Origin: an uncultured Candidatus Saccharibacteria bacterium | GTDB taxonomy: Bacteria; Patescibacteriota; WWE3; UBA101185; UBA10185 | Assembly: GCA_964643995.1 (NCBI GenBank) | Contig: CAZXUJ010000003.1 | Location: 65,927 to 129,926 of the forward strand | Reading direction: 5' to 3' | DNA: 64,000 nt | Shown: positions 31,489 through 41,444 of the stretch, in pieces | Layout of the letters: each line of letters starts with the position of its first letter | Numbering within the stretch: the first letter of the stretch is position 1 | Notes under the pieces: model-generated | Told to the model about the DNA's origin: nothing | Databases searched by the model: none | Seen by the model: the letters and a program-made list of their open reading frames with translations, nothing else | Translations under genes and position numbers: made by a program

Positions 31489-31875
31489 CTAACTCAGCTT
31501 CTCACATTTGAGAATGTTCTGAAACAATCCCACCTGTGAAAAACTACGGCCGCCAGCAACTGTTAGTCGGTAAGTCGTTTCAACCGTGAACATTTGCTGG
31601 ATTTGGATCGTCTGCCCCAAAAATTTACCGGAAAAAAGATTTGCTCCGTTATAGAGCATTTCTGTTCTTCCATTGGGGTGCATTACGGTCCAGATATCCA
31701 ACGTTCCGTTTTTGTTGTAACGCCGTTCCGTCGCAATTGCGGTCACCGTGATGGTGCGTTTACCGCGGTTTGAGTACCAGAACATCAACAGTACCAGCCC
31801 GCCAACAACAGGCGCCATGATCAAACAAGGCGCGCAAAGTATAAGCAGGCCCGTAAAAGGTCCTAAAATTTCCAT
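31489..31875 (-). CDS. Small membrane-anchored hypothetical protein
   Basis: AAGGAG SD, TATAAT upstream, hydrophobic N-terminus. Confidence 0.7.
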   Translation of the reverse strand: MEILGPFTGLLILCAPCLIMAPVVGGLVLLMFWYSNRGKRTITVTAIATERRYNKNGTLDIWTVMHPNGRTEMLYNGANLFSGKFLGQTIQIQQMFTVETTYRLTVAGGRSFSQVGLFQNILKCEKLS

Positions 31876-31964
31876 GTCATTATCTCCTTTTGATTTGTTT
31901 TTTGGAAACTGATTAGGTGTATATTATACGATAAATGAGTCCAGATGTAAAACTATAGGTCTAA

Positions 31965-32038
31965 TGGCAGGGGTGGCAGGAATCGAACCCGCGCAAATGG
32001 TTTTGGAGACCATTGTACTACCACTATACGACACCCCT
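31965..32038 (-). tRNA. tRNA-Trp (CCA)
   Basis: AGGGGTG...CTCCAAA...GGTTCGATTCC...CCCCTGCCA cloverleaf. Confidence 0.97.
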
Positions 32039-32115
32039 ATGTATATTGCTCTTGCATTATAGAGGTGGGTGAGATTATGAGCAATATTTACTATAAAAAA
32101 TGAAAAAAGTATTTA

Positions 32116-32191
32116 TGGAGCCCACTGGCAGGATTGAACTGCCGACCTCATCCTTACCATGGATGTGCTCTACCAACTGAGCTAAGTGGGC
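32116..32191 (-). tRNA. tRNA-Thr (GGT)
   Basis: GCCCACTTAGCTCAG...CATGGTAAG...GTTCAATC...GGGCTCCA. Confidence 0.97.
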
Positions 32192-32213
32192 GAGAGATCA
32201 CTTGTCAAACTTA

Positions 32214-32466
32214 CTAAGTCATCTGGTGGCGATTCGCTTCGCTATCGCACATCAGGTTGTAAGTCTCGCTTTGCTCAACAACAACCTGGTGCCGGAAGCA
32301 GGATTCGAACCTGCGAAGGCATAAGCCAACTGATTTACAGTCAGTCCCCTTTGGCCACTTGGGTATTCCGGCATGCGCTCGCTAAGTCATCTGGAGGCAA
32401 TTCGTCGCTACGTTCCTATTGCACCCCATCTGACTAAGCTCACGATGTTCGCTAAGTCATCTGGAG
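32214..32466. repeat. Short direct repeat CTAAGTCATCTGG, three copies, in the tRNA spacers
   Basis: Copies at 32214-32226, 32382-32394 and 32452-32464; 18 bp identical at 32379-32396 and 32449-32466. Confidence 0.85.
32287..32372 (-). tRNA. tRNA-Tyr (GTA)
   Basis: GCCGGAA...CTGTAAA...long variable arm...GGTTCGAATCC...GGCACCA. Confidence 0.97.
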
Positions 32467-32536
32467 CCACCTGTGAGATTTGAACTCACGACCTATCCCT
32501 TACAAGAGGATTGCTCTACCCCTGAGCTAAGGTGGC
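32462..32536 (-). tRNA. tRNA-Thr (TGT)
   Basis: GCCACCTTAGCTCAG...CTTGTAA...GTTCAAATC...GGTGGCTCCA. Confidence 0.96.
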
Positions 32537-32562
32537 AAACTTTGTAAATTGTAGCATACAGC

Positions 32563-32994
32563 CTAAAAAAGTGAGGATATCATTGCGGGTTCATCTACAC
32601 TATCTGCATCATCTATTTTCTCAGTTTCAAAAGTGCCTTCATTTAGTAGGGAAGACTTAATCTCGGTCGTTTCTCTCTCCATTATCTCAAGTATTCTTTC
32701 TTGGTGGGTTTCCATCTTTATCATACGTTCTTCCCAACGCTTTTGTGAAGCATGTAAAAGTGCCATGGTTAGGAATATTATGACACTAGTGACTGTATGA
32801 AAGATAATATACCAATGTTCGCCAAACCCGATCACAAAACCGCTCAAAAGCCAAACCACAACAATTACTAAAGATATAGAAAACCACATGGGAGAGCTCA
32901 AGACCTTGCTGGCAACCTCAGAAATGTTTTCAAAAACATTTACGGTTTTTTTCTTTTTAATAGATTTGTAGTTGTAAAAACTTGATTTGGGCAT
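32563..32994 (-). CDS. Low-affinity iron permease (Fet4-like) family membrane protein
   Basis: SSPMWF...VVWLLSG...W..IFHTVTSVIIFL pattern. Confidence 0.6.
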   Translation of the reverse strand: MPKSSFYNYKSIKKKKTVNVFENISEVASKVLSSPMWFSISLVIVVVWLLSGFVIGFGEHWYIIFHTVTSVIIFLTMALLHASQKRWEERMIKMETHQERILEIMERETTEIKSSLLNEGTFETEKIDDADSVDEPAMISSLF

Positions 32995-33064
32995 TACTTT
33001 AATGTTACTAGATTTGTCTATCTTCTTACAGTCTATAATTTACTATTTGCTATAATGTTCCCAC

Positions 33065-34381
33065 ATGAACGGAACACTTAGAATTCATGGTGGAAAGAAA
33101 CTAAAGGGTGAGGTTGTCCCCATTCCAAATAAGAACGCTATTGTAGCCACATTGCCTGCTTGCATACTTTCTGATGAAACAATTGTTTATTATGATTTAC
33201 CAGACACCTCCGATGTTCAAAAAATATTAAATATTCTACGTAAGTTGGGTGCTGACGTCGTCTCAGACAACCTATCCAAAGTAACAATCTGTTGTAAAAA
33301 CGTTAAAAGTTACGAAATTGATTACGAACTTGGTTCACAATTCAGAGCATCAATAATGTTTGCTGGTCCGTTGTTAGCTCGTTTTGGTCGAGTTTCCGTA
33401 CCAATGCCGGGGGGTTGTGTTCTTGGTGCGCGATCAATTGCTGCTCATATAGACTCTTTTAGCAAAGTAGGAATTAAAGTAGAGTACAAAAAGGACACTA
33501 TAGAATTTATTGCTCCCAAAAAACCACTTAAAGATGAGCTGATTTGGCAAACAGAGGCCAGTGTTACTGCAACAGAAAATGTTGCTATGTATTTAGCAGG
33601 TGTTTCAGGCAATGTGACTATAATTAACGCCGCCTCTGAACCTCATGTTTCACAACTTTTACAAATGCTACAAACCATGGGTGCGAGGATAGACGGTATA
33701 GGATCTAATCGAATTACTATCGAGGGTAATTCTAAGCTTGGTACCTGCGCGTACCATCCAGAACCAGACCAAGTAGATATTGCAGGTTTTATCGTGGCTG
33801 CAGCTATAACCAAGGGAAAGATCAAAATCAAGGGTGCTAACAAGTTTGACATCGTAGGTGGTCTTCTCAATGTATTTGAAAAGTTTAACATCGCAATAGA
33901 TCCAATAGGTGACGATTTAGTTGTTGATGGCTCAGGAGATATTTGGATAGATCTAGAATCATCCGGTTTTCCGCTTGCTGGTAAAGATCTCCCAAAACTT
34001 AATCCACAACCATGGCCGTCTTTTCCTGTAGATGTTTTGCCAGTTATGGCCACCTTAGCTTGCAAAATGGATGGAAAGCTACTTTTACAGAATTGGATGT
34101 ATGAAACCGGATTGGACTTTATACGTGAACTTAACAAACTTGGTGCCAATATCTTTATGTGCGACCCCCAAAGAGTCATTGTTAACGGTCCTATAGAATT
34201 TAAGGGAGGTGGTATTGTTTCTCCTGGGATTATCCAAGCCTGTAAAGCAATATTTCTCGCGGCACTTTGTGACGACGTTGTTACTGTCTTGCACGGTACC
34301 GATGTTTTGAAGAGACGTTATCCTGACATTGTCAGTGTTTATAAGAGTCTTGGTGCTGATATTGAAGAAGTCAAAAATTGA
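33065..34381 (+). CDS. murA: UDP-N-acetylglucosamine 1-carboxyvinyltransferase
   Basis: NKNA, RASI, PGGCVLGAR, SVTATEN, NAASEP. Confidence 0.96.
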   Translation: MNGTLRIHGGKKLKGEVVPIPNKNAIVATLPACILSDETIVYYDLPDTSDVQKILNILRKLGADVVSDNLSKVTICCKNVKSYEIDYELGSQFRASIMFAGPLLARFGRVSVPMPGGCVLGARSIAAHIDSFSKVGIKVEYKKDTIEFIAPKKPLKDELIWQTEASVTATENVAMYLAGVSGNVTIINAASEPHVSQLLQMLQTMGARIDGIGSNRITIEGNSKLGTCAYHPEPDQVDIAGFIVAAAITKGKIKIKGANKFDIVGGLLNVFEKFNIAIDPIGDDLVVDGSGDIWIDLESSGFPLAGKDLPKLNPQPWPSFPVDVLPVMATLACKMDGKLLLQNWMYETGLDFIRELNKLGANIFMCDPQRVIVNGPIEFKGGGIVSPGIIQACKAIFLAALCDDVVTVLHGTDVLKRRYPDIVSVYKSLGADIEEVKN

Positions 34382-34390
34382 GCTTAAGTT

Positions 34391-35428
34391 ATGACATCAG
34401 ATCTTTTAAGGGAGTTACAGTCTACTGGGGCTCACGTGGTCTGTGATGAACCATTAGCCAAATATACAAGTCTTAAGGTTGGTGGCCCCGCTGATTATTT
34501 TGCCAAAGTCTCAGACCAAGAAACTTTAACCAAACTCTATACAAAAGCATATGAGATTAAACTTCCAATCTTTACCTTGGGTATGGGCACGAACATACTG
34601 GTGGGAGACAAAGGTATACGAGGATTGGTTATCAAAAATTCAGTTACTGACATTAAAATAGGCAACAAGTTCCCTCTAAAAATACAAAAATCACAAAAAC
34701 AGCGTCGACAGGAAACACATTGGAAACCAGGTTTTCTTAAACTATCTGACATTAACTTCGATATTTCTGCAACCGAAGGTGTTGAGGTAACAATCTCGGC
34801 CGGAACACCGCTAGCATATGCAATTACCTTCTTATTAGACAAGGGTATCACTGGCCTAGAGTACTTTGCAGGAATTCCAGGCACGTTTGGCGGGGCCGTA
34901 TGGAACAATGTACACGGTGCTGATTGGTTGCTAGAAGACTTTCTGAAAGAGGTAGAGGTGATGCTTCCTGATGGCTCAGTTCAAATTCTTTCAAAGCAAG
35001 ACCTTGGGTTACATTATGATTTTTCAATTTTTCACAGTAATGCGTCGCTTATACTTTCTGCCACATTGATTCTGCCCTTAGGTGACAAAAAGCAAGCTCA
35101 GTATGTCGCTGAGGAATGGGCTAAGCGCAAATCCTTCCAGCCTAAAAACACAGCGGGGTGTACTTTTGGCAATATTTCCGAAGAACAGCGCCTCCAAGCC
35201 CATCTTGAAAATTGTGGCACAGGTTACATAGTTGACAGAGTGCTTAATGCACGAGGTAAAAGAGTTGGTAACGCATGGATTTCCGAAAAACACTGTAATT
35301 TTATTGAAACCTCTCCTGGAGCGACTGCTAAAGATGTTTCGCATTTAGTCGACTATATCAAGTTGCGCACCTATGCGGAACTTGGCATTTGGTTACATGA
35401 AGAAATTTTGAGAGTAGGGGAGTTTTAG
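34391..35428 (+). CDS. murB: UDP-N-acetylmuramate dehydrogenase
   Basis: VGGPAD, GMGTNILVGD, GIPGTFGGAV, TAGCTFGN, SEKHCNF. Confidence 0.95.
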   Translation: MTSDLLRELQSTGAHVVCDEPLAKYTSLKVGGPADYFAKVSDQETLTKLYTKAYEIKLPIFTLGMGTNILVGDKGIRGLVIKNSVTDIKIGNKFPLKIQKSQKQRRQETHWKPGFLKLSDINFDISATEGVEVTISAGTPLAYAITFLLDKGITGLEYFAGIPGTFGGAVWNNVHGADWLLEDFLKEVEVMLPDGSVQILSKQDLGLHYDFSIFHSNASLILSATLILPLGDKKQAQYVAEEWAKRKSFQPKNTAGCTFGNISEEQRLQAHLENCGTGYIVDRVLNARGKRVGNAWISEKHCNFIETSPGATAKDVSHLVDYIKLRTYAELGIWLHEEILRVGEF

Positions 35429-35480
35429 GTTTTCCTGACAGTTGACAGTCTTGTAGTGCCCGTGTTTTAATCATCCTGCT

Positions 35481-35708
35481 ATGTCAAGAATGTGTGAAGT
35501 TTGCGGAAAAACATATAAAAAAGGAAACCTTGTGCCACGTGGTATAGGTAATCGTGTTACCCGCAGGACCATTACCCGTCAAAAACCAAACTTGCGTAAT
35601 AAAAGAGTTACTTTTGGTGACAATAGCGTACGTTTGAAACTTTGCGCTTCCTGTTTGAAGAGACTTAAGTTTGAATCTAGAGTAGTAGAAGAAACAACTG
35701 AAAATTAA
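35481..35708 (+). CDS. rpmB: 50S ribosomal protein L28
   Basis: MSRMCEVCGK...KPNL...CASCLK. Confidence 0.95.
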   Translation: MSRMCEVCGKTYKKGNLVPRGIGNRVTRRTITRQKPNLRNKRVTFGDNSVRLKLCASCLKRLKFESRVVEETTEN

Positions 35709-35710
35709 TC

Positions 35711-36643
35711 TCAGTTCTTACCCTGCGCATATCCATTTACGAATTCTCCCCAGTTCATTTTATTTTTACCCTCAACCTGTATTTCAAGTATATTCAACTT
35801 ACCATCAATAACATTTGCACGATAGATCTTCACTCTTAAATTCCAATCATTACGAAGTTTTATTATTTTTGCTGCTTCCATATCTTTTAATGTTGTCCAG
35901 GCTATTGGCCATGGATAATAAGCTCTAACCATTCTCTCTATTTGGTCAATACTCATAGACTCCCAGTCTATTTTGGCATCTTCCTTATAAATATACGTAC
36001 TCTTTTGATTAGTTAAAGAATAACAATATGTTGCGTCGTCATGGTTTTGAGGCACCGGAGTAAGATTGTTGTTCACATAACCGTCTAATACTACAGGTAA
36101 AGTTTCAGCCGCCTGTATAAATAATGTATCGTACAGTACATCTGTAGTCTCGACGCCCTGCATTTTATACTCAAATTGATAAATAACATCTCCAGTGTCC
36201 ATACCCTTATCAACCAATTGAAAAGTAACCCCTGTAACTTCATCTCCATTTAGAAGTGCATGTTGCACAGGGCTTGCACCTCGATACTTTGGTAACAATG
36301 AAAAATGAATATTTACAATGCCAAACTTTGGTTTTGAAAAAATATCTTCAGGGATAATAAAATTAAAATCTGCAACAACGCCAATATCAATGCTATATAA
36401 CTCTAATGCTTCGAGCACTCTTTGTTTATCTTCATCTCTCAGGGAATGTATCTCGATGAATGGCACCTCGTTTTGATCTGCCCAGATCTTTACTCCCGTT
36501 TCCCTAACATCCTGGTGTCTGCCAACTAAAGTGTCAGCTTTTGTGACACAAAGCCTTAAATCAAAATTTTCCTTCAAAACCTCAAGTATTGAATCCGATT
36601 TATCCGAAGTCCCAAAGAAAGCAACCTTTAAATCTTTATTCAT
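35711..36643 (-). CDS. fmt: Methionyl-tRNA formyltransferase
   Basis: FFGT, NIHFSLLPKYRGASP, MDTGD, PWPIAW. Confidence 0.96.
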   Translation of the reverse strand: MNKDLKVAFFGTSDKSDSILEVLKENFDLRLCVTKADTLVGRHQDVRETGVKIWADQNEVPFIEIHSLRDEDKQRVLEALELYSIDIGVVADFNFIIPEDIFSKPKFGIVNIHFSLLPKYRGASPVQHALLNGDEVTGVTFQLVDKGMDTGDVIYQFEYKMQGVETTDVLYDTLFIQAAETLPVVLDGYVNNNLTPVPQNHDDATYCYSLTNQKSTYIYKEDAKIDWESMSIDQIERMVRAYYPWPIAWTTLKDMEAAKIIKLRNDWNLRVKIYRANVIDGKLNILEIQVEGKNKMNWGEFVNGYAQGKN

Positions 36644-36652
36644 AATTTCTTA

Positions 36653-37219
36653 CTACAAACCTTTTTGTTCCTCCATCATCATTCTATCCAACTCAGCTTC
36701 CGTTACAAGGTTTCCGATAGTACGGCTCGTATATAACACACCATTCAAGTGGTCCAGCTCATGCTGCAAAACCCTTGCAAAAAAACCCTCAGCCTTAAAC
36801 TTTACCGGATTACCATTTTCATCAAGAGCAGTAACTTTAACTCTTTTAGCACGCTCCACCATCCCAAAAATCCCTGGCACACTCAAACAAGCCTCCCAAC
36901 GCACATTTGTAGCAGGGGATTCGGATGTAATCTCTGGGTTAATAAGCACAAAATCTTGCGCATACTCCTTTTCTGGGTTTGCCGAATCCTGAATAAACTT
37001 ACGTACCACGCAAACTCTTTTACCAACACCAACTTGTGGTGCCGAAAGTCCAGCAGCACTATTTTCAGGAAGTCTTACAGTATCCAGCATGTCTTGTATC
37101 AACGCCTTTATCTCTGGAGTGATCTCTTTCACATACTCACACTTGGTTTTTAATACCTCTGGAACCTCCAAAACTGCCTTATTTTCGATTTTTACCTTGA
37201 CGATTGGTAATACAGCCAT
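36653..37219 (-). CDS. def: Peptide deformylase
   Basis: GLSAPQVG, EACLSVP, QHELDHLNG. Confidence 0.97.
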   Translation of the reverse strand: MAVLPIVKVKIENKAVLEVPEVLKTKCEYVKEITPEIKALIQDMLDTVRLPENSAAGLSAPQVGVGKRVCVVRKFIQDSANPEKEYAQDFVLINPEITSESPATNVRWEACLSVPGIFGMVERAKRVKVTALDENGNPVKFKAEGFFARVLQHELDHLNGVLYTSRTIGNLVTEAELDRMMMEEQKGL

Positions 37220-37315
37220 GTTCGTATTTTAACACCTAATGCCTCGTTTTTTAATTTCAAAACCTGTATCTTTAGGATATAATGCTGCCATCTCGATATA
37301 AGGAGGCTAAAAAGC

Positions 37316-37570
37316 ATGGAAATGATGTTTGTACTAGTGCTGTTTTTTGGTGCCTTTCTGGGCATAAGTAGCGAAAACTGGGGAATTGCAGTTATTGTCG
37401 CGGCTGTAGCGAGCTTGTTAATGGCCGTTGTTGGTCGTGACACTAAGTTTCAAACTGTAGGCTCAATAATTCTGCAATTTGGAATTTTTTTTGTAGTCTC
37501 AGAAATCATTGTTATTTTAGCTTATTTGATCATTGAAATGGATCTTTTTGGCCAAATAGCCAGAATGTAG
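37316..37570 (+). CDS. Small 3-TM hypothetical protein
   Basis: TATAAT, AAGGAGG SD, hydrophobic 84 aa, downstream hairpin. Confidence 0.7.
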   Translation: MEMMFVLVLFFGAFLGISSENWGIAVIVAAVASLLMAVVGRDTKFQTVGSIILQFGIFFVVSEIIVILAYLIIEMDLFGQIARM

Positions 37571-37809
37571 CTATCTCAGTGCTCTGCCGGTAGGTACTTT
37601 TGCTGTTATTACAGTTAAAAGTGCCTATCGGGCTATTTGCCAGTCTTTGTTACATACTCGACTTTCACTTTGTTCAGTCACATTATATCATCGTTAATTT
37701 TGACCGTTACTGCAGCATAAAGACGTCATGCAGCCTCCACAAAACTATAGAAAGCCCTATAATAGTACCACAATACAAATGTTTTACATTCAATTTACAG
37801 GAGAACGAA

Positions 37810-38034
37810 ATGGACCCGATCATATTGGTTTTGGCCGTGTTAGCTGGTATTGCAAGTTATGTAGTAGGGGTTACCTTTGATCAGCAGATTTGCTCGTCAA
37901 TTGCGCCTTTTGTATTCGTCGTTGGTGTGGTTTTTGCTTTCCTTGGCCGTGGGCGTAGCCCTCGCCATAGTGGCAGCAAGTCTGATATAGAAGCCGCGCA
38001 TGGGCCATATTCTGGTAACGGTCCTCGTTATTAG
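37810..38034 (+). CDS. Small 2-TM hypothetical protein (74 aa)
   Basis: AGGAG SD before the ATG at 37810 (MDPIILVLAVLAG...); downstream hairpin. Confidence 0.7.
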   Translation: MDPIILVLAVLAGIASYVVGVTFDQQICSSIAPFVFVVGVVFAFLGRGRSPRHSGSKSDIEAAHGPYSGNGPRY

Positions 38035-38329
38035 TTTATGCCCTGGGGCCGTCTGTAGAGAGTTCGTATTTAGATTTGATCCAATTTAGTTCTGATCAAA
38101 CCTTTATACAAATATAACTCTCACAGGCGGCCTTTTCCTTTTTTGATAAGCTTTTTCCTAAATCTTCTACTTATACTTTATATTTATATGTTGCTAGTAG
38201 TTGTACCTATGTTTATCCCTTATCAGCAGCCTTTAATCACAGTCACCTAAGCAAAAACTTCACTTATGCAGGATAATTATCTCATAGTGCGAATCATACG
38301 TTCCAGTTCACATCCCAGCGGAGGAAAAA

Positions 38330-38686
38330 ATGAAAGGTTTAGGCTTAACGTTGTTGGATCTGGTTTTCGCCCATTTGTATTTTATTGCAGTGGGACTGCT
38401 TTTCGATGCCCCTATGATAGGTTTTGGAATTCATGTCCTGGTAATCATTGTTACCGGAGGCTGGAACAACAATTTATCAGATCAAATAGTCATTGATTTA
38501 TTTGTTTGGGGGATCTTGGCATTGGCTTGTGGCCAATGGTTTGTTGGTCTGGGGTTGCTGATTGTAGCCAGTGTTTTTAGCGCGATGATTCTTCTGAATA
38601 TTAATCGTTCAGAACAACATCGTGTTTATGCCTGGCACAGTGGGTGCAACACTCGAGGCCCACGTGACCCGTATGTAGGTCAGTAG
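38330..38686 (+). CDS. Small multi-TM hypothetical protein
   Basis: GGAGG SD, hydrophobic 118 aa, downstream hairpin. Confidence 0.65.
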   Translation: MKGLGLTLLDLVFAHLYFIAVGLLFDAPMIGFGIHVLVIIVTGGWNNNLSDQIVIDLFVWGILALACGQWFVGLGLLIVASVFSAMILLNINRSEQHRVYAWHSGCNTRGPRDPYVGQ

Positions 38687-38829
38687 ACTTTTGAGCCATC
38701 AAAGTCGATTGTTTGAGATTTTTGCTTTCGCACTAATATAAATCTCAGATCTTCGCTTTGGTGGCTCTTTTTTTTACTTTACACCAACACAATTTTGCAA
38801 ATATAAATTCTTCAGGTATTCTTCTTTAG

Positions 38830-40995
38830 ATGAAGCTGGTTATTGTTGAGTCGCCTACGAAGGCAAAGACTTTAAGCAAAATACTTCCAAAGGATTACAT
38901 AATAGAGGCCTCAATGGGTCATGTCAGAGATTTGCCAAAGAAGGGTTTGGCGATAGATGTTGATCACAATTTTGCACCTGAGTATGAGATTCCGGAAAAA
39001 GCGAAAAAGGTGGTTACGAAACTTAAGAAGGATCTTCAAGAGGTTGATGGTGTTATTCTGGCAACTGACCCTGATAGAGAAGGCGAAGCTATTGCGTGGC
39101 ATTTAAAGCATATCTTGACTGAGGTCAAAAAATACAAGAATTTACCTTATAGTAGAGTATTTTTTCACGAGCTTACAAAAGACGCAGTTTTGGAGGCATT
39201 TAATCATCCAGTTGATGTTGACCAAAATCTTGTTGATTCCCAGCAGGCTAGGCGAGTGCTTGATAGGTTGGTTGGATATAAACTATCCCCGCTACTTTGG
39301 AAGAAAGTTAGATTTGGTTTATCTGCAGGACGTGTGCAAAGTGTAGCCGTGAGGTTGATTGTTGAGCGTGAACGTGAGAGAGATGCATTTGTGCCAGAGG
39401 AATATTGGTCTATTTTTACAGATTTGCATGCCGCAGAAGATGTTAAACGCCAAGTAAGGGCAGAGGTAAATAAATTCAAAGATGAAAAGCTTGAAATTAA
39501 AGATGAGAAAGCGGCTACAAAAATAAAGACTGATTTAGAAAAGAGCACTTTTGTTATCAGTGAAATAAAAAAGACTGAAAAGTCTAAGGCTCCTCGTGCT
39601 CCATATAAAACTTCTACCTTGCAACAGGATATGGCTAACAAGTTTGGTTTTGGTGCTAGCCGTACCATGAAGGCGGCACAAAAATTGTTTGAAAATGGTT
39701 TGATAACTTACCACAGAACAGACTCTTTGGTTTTGTCTCCACAGTTTACGGAAGCTGCGCGTAAGTTTATAAAAAAGGAATTTGGTAAGGAATATATTCC
39801 AGAAGAGACACGTATATATAAAACCCAAGATAAAAGCGCGCAGGAAGCTCATGAAGCTATACGCCCTACTGATGTGAGCATGTTACCAAGTGACTTAAAG
39901 AAAGCTTTACCTGAGGACGATAAAAAAGTGTACTTGGCTATTTGGACAAGAGCTTTGGAATGCCAGATGAGCAATGCTGTTTATGATCAAACTTCTTTGA
40001 AGATTACTACCGATACTAAGTACGAATTGAAGGCCAGTGGATCTGTTGTAAAGTTTGAGGGTTGGTTAAAGATTACATCCTTTTTAGATGTTGATGACGA
40101 AAAGGAAGAGCTTAAAGTTTTGGCAGACTTTTCTGAGAGCGAAGTTCTAGATTTGGAGCAGGTTGAAACCAACCAGCACTTCACACAACCTCCCGCTAGA
40201 TATTCAGATGCTAGTTTGATTAAACGTTTGGAGGAGCTTGAGATTGGAAGACCTTCTACTTATGCTCCAACACTCCAAACTATAAAAGCTCGTGGTTATG
40301 TAGATAAGGATGGCCGTTATTATTTTCCGAAGGATGTAGCTTACGTTGTATCAGATCTTTTGGTAGAACACTTTCCAACGATAACAGATTACGAGTTTAC
40401 AGCCGATTTAGAAAAAAAATTGGATTCAATTGCCCAGGGTGAAACCAAATGGGTGCCCATAATAAAAGACTTCTATACACCTTTTGAAAAAACTTTAGCC
40501 AAAAAGGATAAGGAACTAAACAAACATGATGTGACGAATTTGGGTGAAGCCGAAGGTAAATGTCCTGAATGCGGGAGTACGTTACTTTATAAGCTAGGTA
40601 AGTACGGAAAGTTTATAAGTTGTTCAAATTACCCAACATGCGAGTATGCCCAGCCAATGCCAGATCAAGTTCCAACAGATGAAAATGGCGAAGCGATTAC
40701 TGATTTTGGTAAGTGTGAGGTCTGCAATGATGGTATATATGTACTCAAACAAGGGCGCTTTGGTAAGTTTCTGGCCTGTAGTAATTACCCAAAATGTAAG
40801 ACCACTAAGCCTTATCTTGAAAAGATCGGCATGAAATGTCCTAAGTGCGAAGATGGTGAAGTTATTGTTAAAAAAGCTAAGGGTAGAACTTTTTTTGGAT
40901 GTAGTAATTACCCTAAATGTGACTATGCCAGTTGGAAGAATCCTTTGAATGATGGCAAAAAAGACGAGGACTCCGAAGACATGCCACCCGAATAA
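38830..40995 (+). CDS. topA: DNA topoisomerase I
   Basis: IVESPTK, ATDPDREGE, SAGRVQS, ITYHRTD, three C4 zinc ribbons. Confidence 0.98.
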   Translation: MKLVIVESPTKAKTLSKILPKDYIIEASMGHVRDLPKKGLAIDVDHNFAPEYEIPEKAKKVVTKLKKDLQEVDGVILATDPDREGEAIAWHLKHILTEVKKYKNLPYSRVFFHELTKDAVLEAFNHPVDVDQNLVDSQQARRVLDRLVGYKLSPLLWKKVRFGLSAGRVQSVAVRLIVERERERDAFVPEEYWSIFTDLHAAEDVKRQVRAEVNKFKDEKLEIKDEKAATKIKTDLEKSTFVISEIKKTEKSKAPRAPYKTSTLQQDMANKFGFGASRTMKAAQKLFENGLITYHRTDSLVLSPQFTEAARKFIKKEFGKEYIPEETRIYKTQDKSAQEAHEAIRPTDVSMLPSDLKKALPEDDKKVYLAIWTRALECQMSNAVYDQTSLKITTDTKYELKASGSVVKFEGWLKITSFLDVDDEKEELKVLADFSESEVLDLEQVETNQHFTQPPARYSDASLIKRLEELEIGRPSTYAPTLQTIKARGYVDKDGRYYFPKDVAYVVSDLLVEHFPTITDYEFTADLEKKLDSIAQGETKWVPIIKDFYTPFEKTLAKKDKELNKHDVTNLGEAEGKCPECGSTLLYKLGKYGKFISCSNYPTCEYAQPMPDQVPTDENGEAITDFGKCEVCNDGIYVLKQGRFGKFLACSNYPKCKTTKPYLEKIGMKCPKCEDGEVIVKKAKGRTFFGCSNYPKCDYASWKNPLNDGKKDEDSEDMPPE

Positions 40996-41121
40996 TATTC
41001 TGTGCTATAGTCCCCAAGCAAATATAGAACCCGTTGATTTGACAAAAAAATAAAACAAAAAAAGGAAAAAGGAGTAATTTCTAGTTTGGGTTCTTCTAGA
41101 TAATGCTCCAGAGGTGAGACA

Positions 41122-41334
41122 ATGCATAAGATACGCTGTTTGAACACTTTATTGTTGGGGCTGTTTTTCGTCCCGAAACCGGCAGAGGCTCAGTTTAATC
41201 TCAATCCTGCAACCTGTGCCCTGGTGAAGTTATTACGGGACAACGACGTAGATGAAATTGTAGGCTATCGGCGGTGGTGTTTTGATCCTGCTAACTTTGG
41301 GAATTTGCTCTTTTTGGCCGCGGCGGCGATCTAG
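41122..41334 (+). CDS. Small hypothetical protein, possibly secreted
   Basis: GAGGTG SD, signal-like N-terminus ending AEA, downstream hairpin. Confidence 0.45.
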   Translation: MHKIRCLNTLLLGLFFVPKPAEAQFNLNPATCALVKLLRDNDVDEIVGYRRWCFDPANFGNLLFLAAAAI

Positions 41335-41444
41335 TGGCAGTGCGCGCTTAGCGACATAATTTTCTGCATTGTATGCGAGATTTAACAAAAATCTTATTAG
41401 TCATGCATACAATGCCTCCTATGTTCGTGATAAAATCCTAATGC

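Noticed and set aside
31965-32038. Alternative genetic code (UGA recoding as in Gracilibacteria/Absconditabacteria)
   Set aside because: Conserved genes translate full length under code 11 and several end properly at TGA; tRNA-Trp has a normal CCA anticodon
32186-32437. 83-aa + strand ORF, and a possible CRISPR reading of the 13-18 bp repeats
   Set aside because: The ORF is antisense to tRNA genes; the repeats are too short and irregularly spaced, and no cas genes are present
37600-37809. N-terminal 70 aa of the 144-aa ORF in the track
   Set aside because: It overlaps a hairpin and promoter; the SD-supported start is the ATG at 37810
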